Under the pieces are notes generated by a model. The model made no database searches. It was given only the letters and a program-made list of their open reading frames with translations, and was not told the DNA's origin. The position numbers and the translations under genes are program-made. Positions 6,982 to 13,257 of a DNA stretch of 13,257 nt are shown in pieces (positions within the stretch are counted from its first letter, which is position 1; each line of letters opens with the position of its first letter). The stretch covers positions 1 to 13,257 of the forward strand of contig NQJD01000050.1 of the NCBI GenBank assembly GCA_004284765.1, read 5' to 3'. The stretch comes from Candidatus Electronema aureum (lineage in GTDB: Bacteria; Desulfobacterota; Desulfobulbia; Desulfobulbales; Desulfobulbaceae).

Positions 6982-8006
6982 AGCTTCAGGCCGCAGCCGT
7001 GGCAGAATTTAGCCCCAGACAGATTTTCACTATTGCAGGCCGAACAGATAACTGTCGCAGGTTTTTCGTCAGTGGCGTGACCACAATGCGGGCAGAAACG
7101 GGACTCAGCAGCAACAGCTTTACCGCAAGCAGAACATTGTGTTTTTGCAGCAGATTGATTGTTCTGCATTCCAGCGAAGAGATGAGGCATCATCAGTCCC
7201 ATACCCATGCCGAGACCGGCTCCAGCCTCGTTGCCAGCGGCGGCAGCTTTTTCCATCGCCATTGCCGCTTTCATGCGAACAAAGCTATCCATATCCTTGA
7301 TCAGGCCGAGACGGCTGCGGTCGTCGATAGCGGTTTGAACTTCGTCCGGCGGGGTGATGGAGCCGATATAGAGTTCATCTAAGGCCAGTCCGAAGCGGGA
7401 AAAATCGCTGATCAGTAGCTTTTTCAGCTCCTCCGCCATTTCATTAAACTGCGCGGGCAGGCTAAAAAGCGTGTCAAGCGTCTCGCCGAGATAGTCATTG
7501 AGCCGGGAAACAATCACCCGACCCAGATATTCCTCTATTTGCTCAGTGCTGTATTTGCCCATCGTTCCGGCCAAGGTGTTGATGAACAGCACCGGTTGGA
7601 TGACCCGAACATTAAAGATACCATGCGCCCGCAGACGAACAAAGCCCAGCTCGGAATCGCGGAAGGCCACCGGATCACGAGTGCCCCATTTCAGGTTGGG
7701 AAAAACCTTGAGATTAATAAAATAAACCTCAGCGCGCAGCGGACTGGTCATGCCCCACGGCGCAGAGAGCAGCTTGGTGATGATTGGGATGTTGCCGGTG
7801 CGCAAGGTGTGGCGACCCGGCCCGAAGGCATCACCTGCCCTGCCTTTATAATACATGACTGCGGCTTGACTTTCCCGCACAGTGAGCTGGGCACCGAACT
7901 TGATTTCCCCGGAGCCGCGCTCCGGCAGACGGTGCAACAGTTCTTGGCCGGTCTCATCGAACCATTCTAAATTTTCAAGAAAGATCAAGTTGTCAGTACT
8001 ACTCAT
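6978..8006 (-). CDS. SPFH/band-7 (COG4260, YdjI-like) protein with C-terminal double zinc ribbon
   Basis: 342-aa ORF. The N-terminal 'LEWFDETGQELLHRLPERGSGEIKFGAQLTVRESQAAVMYYKGRAGDAFGPGRHTL' matches the YdjI-type SPFH pattern from memory. A Gly/Met-rich linker leads to 'CSACG..FCPHCG' and 'CSACN..FCHGCG' (nt 6993-7136). GGAG SD lies 6 nt upstream of ATG 8006. Confidence 0.85.
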   Translation of the reverse strand: MSSTDNLIFLENLEWFDETGQELLHRLPERGSGEIKFGAQLTVRESQAAVMYYKGRAGDAFGPGRHTLRTGNIPIITKLLSAPWGMTSPLRAEVYFINLKVFPNLKWGTRDPVAFRDSELGFVRLRAHGIFNVRVIQPVLFINTLAGTMGKYSTEQIEEYLGRVIVSRLNDYLGETLDTLFSLPAQFNEMAEELKKLLISDFSRFGLALDELYIGSITPPDEVQTAIDDRSRLGLIKDMDSFVRMKAAMAMEKAAAAGNEAGAGLGMGMGLMMPHLFAGMQNNQSAAKTQCSACGKAVAAESRFCPHCGHATDEKPATVICSACNSENLSGAKFCHGCGLKL

Positions 8007-8030
8007 GGCAGACTCCGGGCGCGGTGATAG

Positions 8031-8522
8031 TTAGAGCTGATACAGAGTTTCATCGCGGACAGGTTGCTTGCTGCCGAAGCGGACTTTCTTCTTCAGCCCG
8101 TCCAAGGAAAAGGCATCATCCGAGTTCAGCGAATCACCCATGTCCTTTTCGACTTCATCAGGGTCTTCGCCTGCCTCCATCCGTGAGATCGCCTCTTCCA
8201 TCTGCTCACCCAAATTGATGCCGGTTTTGTCCGAAAACTTACGCATTAGCTGGGCCATCTGACGGGGATCGTCCTCGTTTAGGCCCTCGGCTTCACGCAT
8301 CAGACCTTCAATAGCCTGTTCCATTTTACTTTCATCAATTCCGGCTAAAGGATCATCATTGCTTTCCTTGGCCTTGCCGATAACAGCAAAGGAGGATATC
8401 TGCCGGTTCAGCTCCTTTCTGCCGCATTTCGGGCAATCCGGGCGTTTTTCGGTGTTGATTCGGCTGGAAAGGAAATTGAAGATCGTGTTGCAGTCTTGGC
8501 AAAGAAATTCGTAAATCGGCAT
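8031..8522 (-). CDS. FmdB-family (CxxC_CxxC_SSSS) zinc-ribbon protein with acidic C-terminal tail
   Basis: 'MPIYEFLCQDCNTIFNFLSSRINTEKRPDCPKCG' (Cys pairs at nt 8424-8501) is the classic FmdB N-terminus, so ATG 8522 is preferred over the track's 8570. The remainder is Asp/Glu-rich. Confidence 0.8.
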   Translation of the reverse strand: MPIYEFLCQDCNTIFNFLSSRINTEKRPDCPKCGRKELNRQISSFAVIGKAKESNDDPLAGIDESKMEQAIEGLMREAEGLNEDDPRQMAQLMRKFSDKTGINLGEQMEEAISRMEAGEDPDEVEKDMGDSLNSDDAFSLDGLKKKVRFGSKQPVRDETLYQL

Positions 8523-8560
8523 GATGGTGTACGCTTCCCTGTATTCTGGGTGGAAAATGA

Positions 8561-8596
8561 AAAAGATCAAGCACCCGCAAGGATACCTGATCTTTT
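8561..8596. terminator. Candidate hairpin separating the DUF1566 genes from the fmdB-led operon
   Basis: A 9-bp inverted repeat, AAAAGATCA (8561-8569) / TGATCTTTT (8588-8596), has an 18-nt loop and T-runs on both strands. The AT-rich stem and large loop make it weak. Confidence 0.3.
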
Positions 8597-8642
8597 TGTT
8601 TTTTTCAACAACTGGGTGGAGCGAGTTTATAGCTAACTACAG

Positions 8643-9182
8643 CTATTGCATATCACGCACGAGGCGGACTCCAAGATTCTCAGAAGAGAGTGAACCATAC
8701 AGCATCTCCGCAAAATAAAAATTAATGTACCATGCATTGCTGGCATCAGGCAAAGGTGAATTGGACCATACAGAAGAGATAGACGTGCTGGGGAATATGG
8801 TCAAATTAATTGCAGGATTATAGCATTGCTCTTCCACGATGGACTGTAGTTCTTTGATGTTTGGTAACCGCCAGTTTTCGTAGTTAGCAAATTTTGTTGC
8901 GTTTGCTACTCCAGGCCGTGCCAGCGCATTGCTCCATGTGTAAAGCGAGGCTGTACCCGCTGCTGCCGCGCAGGTGTTGTTGGCACTGGAATAATTAAAT
9001 CCCTCCGGGCATCTCTTCCACATTAGCTTAGTTTTACTGTCCGTGACGGTACCGTCACTACCTCCTACCAGATGATTGGTTGAGGCAACTATAGTGGTGC
9101 TTTTACATATCTGCTGCTGCGCCTGCGAAGAACCCGCTACAAAAAATAACGCGATAACAAAAAAATATATACGTATCTGCAT
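8643..9182 (-). CDS. Secreted DUF1566 (Lcl C-terminal domain-like) protein
   Basis: The signal peptide 'MQIRIYFFVIALFFVAGSSQA|QQQ' starts at ATG 9182, preceded by AGGAGA. DUF1566 pattern: 'DGTVTDSKTKLMWKRC', 'NWRLPNIKELQSIV', 'VWSNSP...AWYINF', 'GVRLVRD'. Confidence 0.8.
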   Translation of the reverse strand: MQIRIYFFVIALFFVAGSSQAQQQICKSTTIVASTNHLVGGSDGTVTDSKTKLMWKRCPEGFNYSSANNTCAAAAGTASLYTWSNALARPGVANATKFANYENWRLPNIKELQSIVEEQCYNPAINLTIFPSTSISSVWSNSPLPDASNAWYINFYFAEMLYGSLSSENLGVRLVRDMQ

Positions 9183-9204
9183 TGTATATCTCCTGTGGCA
9201 TGAT

Positions 9205-9234
9205 TTTATAAGGTGCTGTGCATATCTCAAGCAA
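9205..9234 (-). promoter_or_regulatory. Candidate promoter for the 8643-9182 gene
   Basis: On the minus strand: -35 TTGCTT (9229-9234), 18-nt spacer, -10 TATAAA (9205-9210), about 20 nt upstream of the SD. Consensus match only. Confidence 0.3.
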
Positions 9235-9248
9235 GCAGGTCAAAACAA

Positions 9249-10118
9249 TCAATTTGCTGTTCTGACTAAAATTACGCTGATGGTGCTGGTTTCTGTCTTG
9301 TAGTACAACCCAAATGTGCTGCCTGTGGTAAATTTAACTGCCCATGCGCTTGCTGGATCTGCGGCATAAGGAGTCGCACTCCAGAAAAACTTGTTGGCTG
9401 TCATCCCGGAAAAATAGTTTTGATCTACAGCCAATGTCGTGCTGCTGCTCTTAACAATACCCAGTAGTTCCTTGATCGTGGGCAGCCGCCAGCCCGACGA
9501 GGCTCCACATAACTTATTTGTATTAGCCAATGCAGCATAACTTTCCGTGTTGGCTCCACCGTTTTCATTGCCAGCATTTCCTCCATTTTTGGAATTATCA
9601 CTGTTGAACCAAGGACGTTCTGAAGGATTGGCTTGTATTTCCCACATCAGGCCGGTGACATTGTCTTTAACACAAGCCCAACTTGTTGCGGATGCGGCAA
9701 GAGCAGTTCCATTGCTATCCAGCTTAGTGAAACTGAATCCTGCATGACCATCAGAAGGAACGGTATCCTGCACTGTTTTATCTCTGCCATAATCAGCGTC
9801 CTCCTGACCAGTGTTTCCTACTTTAGCAGTAATACCGGTGTCATTCAGCCCGCCTGTCGGAGTTGGAGTGCAGGGTTTACAAGGGTCGGCGCAGGTAGGA
9901 TAACAAGGCCCTGCTATACAGCTAGGGTAAGCTATGCACTGAGGATCGCATTTGACACAAGGATCAGGACATCCTGGATAACACTGTGTACAGCCATACG
10001 GTGTGCAATCAGTTTTCTGGACAACAAGAGGCGGTATGTCTAATATCAACTTAGCAGAACCTATTGATGGCACAGTCACAGCAGTCATCAATCCCAATAG
10101 CAAGTACATTTTTTTCAT
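9249..10118 (-). CDS. Secreted DUF1566 (Lcl C-terminal domain-like) protein with N-terminal Cys/Pro-rich module
   Basis: ATG 10118 is preceded by AGGAGG. Signal peptide: 'MKKMYLLLGLMTAVTVPSIGSA|K'. A 12-Cys stretch spans nt 9870-10007. DUF1566 pattern: 'VKDNVTGLMWEI', 'GWRLPTIKELLGIV', 'FWSATP...AWAVKF', 'ILVR'. The track's upstream start (10190) lies upstream of the predicted promoter. Confidence 0.8.
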   Translation of the reverse strand: MKKMYLLLGLMTAVTVPSIGSAKLILDIPPLVVQKTDCTPYGCTQCYPGCPDPCVKCDPQCIAYPSCIAGPCYPTCADPCKPCTPTPTGGLNDTGITAKVGNTGQEDADYGRDKTVQDTVPSDGHAGFSFTKLDSNGTALAASATSWACVKDNVTGLMWEIQANPSERPWFNSDNSKNGGNAGNENGGANTESYAALANTNKLCGASSGWRLPTIKELLGIVKSSSTTLAVDQNYFSGMTANKFFWSATPYAADPASAWAVKFTTGSTFGLYYKTETSTISVILVRTAN

Positions 10119-10148
10119 TGTGAAACCTCCTTGGCAAATTTTCTTTTT

Positions 10149-10157
10149 ATTATAGCA
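10149..10157 (-). promoter_or_regulatory. Extended -10 promoter element (TGcTATAAT) for the 9249-10118 gene
   Basis: The minus strand reads TGCTATAAT (10157-10149), with its 3' end 30 nt upstream of ATG 10118. A possible -35 TTGCGA sits at a 19-nt spacing. Confidence 0.45.
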
Positions 10158-10210
10158 CAAAACAAATTCTCTGTCGCAAATCTTTTGCATAAAACCACCT
10201 CTTTCTTCAC

Positions 10211-10234
10211 GATATTTTTTAACTGATAAATATC
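10211..10234. repeat. AT-rich inverted repeat at the aroB stop codon
   Basis: GATATTT (10211-10217) / AAATATC (10228-10234) with a 10-nt loop. There is no adjacent T-run, so it is not a classical terminator. It could be a weak hairpin or a binding site. Confidence 0.25.
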
Positions 10235-11315
10235 ATGCGGCAAGCACCGTATCCACATCCTCTTCCCGTACTTGATCGGTGATTTTCACCGCACCGATGC
10301 GCTCTGGCAGGACATAGAAGACCCTGCCGCCGACGGTTTTCTTGTCGGTGAGCAAGTATTTCTTTATTTCCTCGCGATTGATATTGGCAGGAATAGCGGT
10401 CGGCAGCCCATAAGCGGCAATCAGGCGGCGGATGCGCTCGGCAGACTCTGTGGTTAAACAACCACTGCAAACGGCCAGTTCCGCCGCCGCACACATGCCG
10501 ATGGCTACTGCATAGCCGTGAATAAGTTGAAAGCCGGAAGCCGCCTCCACTGCATGGCCGATGGTGTGGCCGAAATTGAGAATCCGGCGCAGACCGCCTT
10601 CACGCTCGTCCTGTTCCACCACCCACGCCTTGATCTCGCAGCAGCGGGCGATGAGCTTGGTCAGCACGTCCTGCTGGAGAGCAAAGACAGCTTCACGCTG
10701 CTGCTCCAGAAATGCGAAGAACTCGGCATCGTTGATCACCCCGTACTTGATCACTTCGGCAATACCGCCGCGCAGCTCATCAGCTGGCAAAGTATTCAAC
10801 ACATCGATGTCGATATACACCGCCTTGGGCTGGTAGAACGTGCCGACTAAATTCTTGCCTTCCGGGATGTCCACGCCGGTTTTGCCGCCGACCGAGCTGT
10901 CCACCTGCGAAAGCAGGGTGGTCGGCACTTGAACAAAAGGTATGCCGCGCAGATAGATCGAGGCGAGAAAGCCGGTGATATCACCGGTTACGCCGCCGCC
11001 AAGAGCGATGAGCGCATCTTTGCGGTCAAAACCACGTTGGGCTAATTCGCTGGAAAGCGCGGTGACCGTCTGGAGATGCTTGCTCGCCTCGCCAGCGGGA
11101 AAGGTGAGCAGCTCGGCCCGGATACCTGCATCAGTCAACGACTGCATAAAACGGCTGCCGTGCAGCGCGGCCACCCGGTCGTCGCTGATCACGCCGTATT
11201 TCGTGCCGATGTTCCGTTCGTGCAAATCAATGCCGATTTTCTCCAGCAGGCCAGAGCTGATCCGAATCGGATAACTGCGTTCGTCCAGCCCGACTTTCAC
11301 TAAAGTTTTTGTCAT
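10233..11315 (-). CDS. aroB: 3-dehydroquinate synthase
   Basis: 360-aa ORF with hallmark AroB motifs 'LGGGVTGDITGF', 'VPTTLLSQVDSSVGGKTGV' and 'LNFGHTIGHAVE'. Confidence 0.92.
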   Translation of the reverse strand: MTKTLVKVGLDERSYPIRISSGLLEKIGIDLHERNIGTKYGVISDDRVAALHGSRFMQSLTDAGIRAELLTFPAGEASKHLQTVTALSSELAQRGFDRKDALIALGGGVTGDITGFLASIYLRGIPFVQVPTTLLSQVDSSVGGKTGVDIPEGKNLVGTFYQPKAVYIDIDVLNTLPADELRGGIAEVIKYGVINDAEFFAFLEQQREAVFALQQDVLTKLIARCCEIKAWVVEQDEREGGLRRILNFGHTIGHAVEAASGFQLIHGYAVAIGMCAAAELAVCSGCLTTESAERIRRLIAAYGLPTAIPANINREEIKKYLLTDKKTVGGRVFYVLPERIGAVKITDQVREEDVDTVLAA

Positions 11316-11971
11316 CTTTCGTCTGTCCCCTCGTTCTTCATGAAACCGCTGACGATCGTTTTGAGAAATTTCAAGATGCTGAAAATGGCCTTGAGGTCTT
11401 CATGACGAGTTGCCAAATATCCCTCGCTGATGGAATAACTGCGCTCTTGCAGGGTCATGAAATGCCAGACTTCTCCTTTGACGTAACAGCCATAGACCGG
11501 CAGGCGGTGCTGATTGATCTCCTGCGCGACCAGCATGGCCGCAAGCACCTGTCCGGCAGGATCGCCCTCTGGGTCTTTCTCCTTTTTATATTCGTGTAGG
11601 CAGAAATACGGCTGCTGCGGTTCGCGGAAACCAGAAGCGATGATGCCGTCCGGCCTGCCGTTCATTTCAATCTCATCAACTGTGCCGCTCAAAGAACGTT
11701 CAGCGAAAAAATTGAATTTCTTCGAGCTGAATCTGACAAGTGCCATCACTGGGCCGATGAAATTATAGGCCAGCTCAGTTTCATTCCAGTCATACACATG
11801 TGCTACGAGCAAACTGCGGAATGAATCCAAGACCTCTTGCTCAAAAGGAGAAATTTCAGTTTGACCAGCCAGCCAGCTTTTGAGAACTGGGCTGTCGTCC
11901 GCGACAGTGAGGCCGAAGGTTCGGTCTAATTCAGCCAAAGTCCATTCTTTAAAAGTGCGTACAGATTTCAT
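11312..11971 (-). CDS. PD-(D/E)xK nuclease-fold protein (HsdR-N-terminal-like), function unknown
   Basis: 219-aa ORF. 'GRPDGIIA...YFCLHEYKKE' supplies the D...ExK motif (nt 11585-11650), followed by 'GDPAGQVLAAML'. Its stop overlaps the aroB start (ATGA, 11312-11315). Confidence 0.65.
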   Translation of the reverse strand: MKSVRTFKEWTLAELDRTFGLTVADDSPVLKSWLAGQTEISPFEQEVLDSFRSLLVAHVYDWNETELAYNFIGPVMALVRFSSKKFNFFAERSLSGTVDEIEMNGRPDGIIASGFREPQQPYFCLHEYKKEKDPEGDPAGQVLAAMLVAQEINQHRLPVYGCYVKGEVWHFMTLQERSYSISEGYLATRHEDLKAIFSILKFLKTIVSGFMKNEGTDER

Positions 11972-11995
11972 AATTTTTGATTTTTTAAAAATTCT

Positions 11996-13084
11996 CTATT
12001 CAACGCACCATTTTGGTATCCAAATATATTTTCCTTTAGAATTATAATCTAAAGTTTCATTTCCAGTACATGTTGAACGCGATAAAAACATTTTCATAAA
12101 ACCTTTAACATTAACCGTTGTGATTTTCACTTGATATCTTTCATCTGCTCTTTCTTGAACGATTCCTATCCAATAACTTCCATTATTGAATATAGATACT
12201 TCATCTCCATATGAATATTTATACACTCGAGGAGCAGGAGTGCCTGTGCTGTTGTCGTTCTTAATCTCTCTTTCTTTAGCATTTTGTTCATCTTCGGTTA
12301 GATATCCTTTCTGTAAACGCTCGTAGGCTCTTTTTGCGCCTAAGTGACCTTTATTAAGAGCTTTTCGGCACCAATATTTTGCTTTATTTATATCTGGAAT
12401 AACTGCTATAGCTTCTTGATACGCCCTACATAGATTCCAATAAGCGTATTTATTCTCTTCTTTTTCTGCTGCTTTTTTCCATAAATCTAACGCTTTTTCT
12501 TCGTTAACTGTAAGTCCTCCCGTGCCTTTTTCGTACATCAATCCTAAATTATTCATAGACATGGAGTAACCATTTTCATTTTGAGAATTAATCTCATATA
12601 ATTCTCTAGCTTTTACTAAATCGGCCTCAACTCCATATCCTTTTTGATACATATACGCTAATTTGTGGATCGAATCTTTTACTTCGGCGGATTTCTTGTA
12701 AAATTCAAATGATTTTAAATAATCCTTATTAAAGTACTCACCTCTATAATAGAGACTTCCCATGTTATGGAATGCCTCTTGATATGAATATTTAATTGCC
12801 ATATCAAAATATTCAACACATTTTCTATAACTGTCATTATCATTATTATCCCTTCCCTTTTTTTGGTAGAGTCTTCCGAGTTGGTATAAAATCCGTGCAT
12901 TGTCTGGTTCTTCCTTTAATGCACGGTCACATATTGGAATTGCAATTTTTGGGTTTAGCTCTTCAAATTTAACGCCTTTAATATTGTCAGGCTTCATAGG
13001 GTCTTCTTTATATGACGAATGTTCATCGCATTCTTTTTCCGCAGACGAGAAAGCCTTGCTGTCTACGCAGAAAATAAAAAACAT
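11996..13084 (-). CDS. Sel1-repeat (TPR-like) protein with small C-terminal beta-rich domain
   Basis: There are several Sel1-like units ('AFHNMGSLYYRGEYFNKDYLKSFEFYKKSA', 'KLAYMYQKGYGVEADLVKARELYE', 'MNNLGLMYEKGTGGLTVNEEKALDLWKKAA'). The gene is visibly AT-rich compared with its neighbours. The start is ambiguous. ATG 13084 gives 'MFFIFCVDSKAFS'. The track's TTG 13126 gives a better signal-peptide n-region but overlaps the transposase 3' end. Confidence 0.8.
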   Translation of the reverse strand: MFFIFCVDSKAFSSAEKECDEHSSYKEDPMKPDNIKGVKFEELNPKIAIPICDRALKEEPDNARILYQLGRLYQKKGRDNNDNDSYRKCVEYFDMAIKYSYQEAFHNMGSLYYRGEYFNKDYLKSFEFYKKSAEVKDSIHKLAYMYQKGYGVEADLVKARELYEINSQNENGYSMSMNNLGLMYEKGTGGLTVNEEKALDLWKKAAEKEENKYAYWNLCRAYQEAIAVIPDINKAKYWCRKALNKGHLGAKRAYERLQKGYLTEDEQNAKEREIKNDNSTGTPAPRVYKYSYGDEVSIFNNGSYWIGIVQERADERYQVKITTVNVKGFMKMFLSRSTCTGNETLDYNSKGKYIWIPKWCVE

Positions 13085-13106
13085 AACTATTAACCCAAGT
13101 TGTGAC

Positions 13107-13257
13107 CTATAACATTGTTTTTTCAATGCCGTAAGCCAAGATAAAAAGAAAAACCTTCAATTCAAAGCCATGCGAGGTGACAGCATGAATATGCGCTGGA
13201 AATCTTTGGGTGATGACGCTGAATGCTGATTCGATGCGCTTTCGGATGAATTTGACT
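13107..13257 (-). mobile_element. 3' end of a DDE transposase gene (IS982-like), truncated by the window edge
   Basis: Not in the ORF track (only 49 codons fall in the window). Minus-strand translation from 13256 gives 'VKFIRKRIESAFSVITQRFPAHIHAVTSHGFELKVFLFILAYGIEKTML*' with stop TAG at 13107-13109. 'RKRIExxFSxI...GF..K' is the C-terminal E-containing block of IS982/IS4-type transposases as I remember them. Confidence 0.55.

Noticed and set aside
6999-7970. Plus-strand ORFs 6999-7382, 7498-7725 and 7539-7970, and minus-strand 7748-7957, within the SPFH gene
   Set aside because: They overlap a gene with strong family resemblance. No motifs or SD sites were seen, so they are shadow frames.
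8523-8570. Upstream starts from the ORF track for the FmdB gene (8570), DUF1566 genes (9230, 10190) and Sel1 gene (13126)
   Set aside because: Internal ATGs at 8522, 9182 and 10118 coincide with the canonical FmdB N-terminus or with signal peptides preceded by strong SD sites. 10190 also lies upstream of the predicted promoter. 13126 is a TTG overlapping the transposase frame. It is kept as an alternative for the Sel1 gene only.
9547-10043. Plus-strand ORFs (66 aa, 136 aa) antisense to the Cys-rich DUF1566 gene
   Set aside because: They are the antisense of a signal-peptide + DUF1566 gene that has a strong SD and promoter. The translation has no recognisable features.
10219-11303. Alternative-frame and antisense ORFs across aroB (10219-10494 -, 10272-10457 +, 10518-10850 +, 10561-10836 +, 10975-11274 +, 11076-11303 +)
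   Set aside because: aroB motifs unambiguously define the real frame. The others are shadow ORFs.
1-13257. CRISPR arrays, rRNA/tRNA genes, long direct repeats
   Set aside because: No regularly spaced repeats or RNA-gene signatures were seen on visual inspection. Intergenic space is very limited outside 1-334. This is a by-eye reading, not a computed one.

Overview
Bacterial chromosomal window of about 13.3 kb. It holds 14 complete protein-coding genes and one truncated transposase fragment at the right edge. I recognised no rRNA, tRNA or CRISPR array.

Layout:
- Plus strand, 335-2143: a flavodiiron/ODP-like metallo-beta-lactamase-fold protein, then a receiver-like + DUF4388 protein whose phospho-acceptor Asp is replaced by Asn.
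- Minus strand, 8522 down to 2151: seven genes packed with spacers of 24 nt or less, or overlapping. In order: FmdB-type zinc-ribbon protein; SPFH/band-7 protein with a C-terminal double zinc ribbon; a 413-aa internally duplicated zinc-ribbon protein of unknown family; a CDA-fold nucleoside deaminase; a radical SAM enzyme with a SPASM/twitch-like Cys motif; Nnr; a CBS-pair protein.
- Minus strand, 8643-10118: two tandem secreted DUF1566 (Lcl C-terminal-like) paralogs. One carries a 12-Cys/46-aa Cys-Pro-rich module.
- Minus strand, 10233-11971: aroB, translationally coupled (ATGA) to an upstream PD-(D/E)xK-fold gene.
- Minus strand, 11996-13257: a markedly AT-rich Sel1-repeat gene abutting an IS982-like transposase 3' end that is absent from the ORF track.

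The best candidate for an undescribed system is the SPFH / multi-zinc-ribbon / deaminase / radical-SAM module (4235-8522). All functional calls rest on motif recognition by eye. No database search was run.
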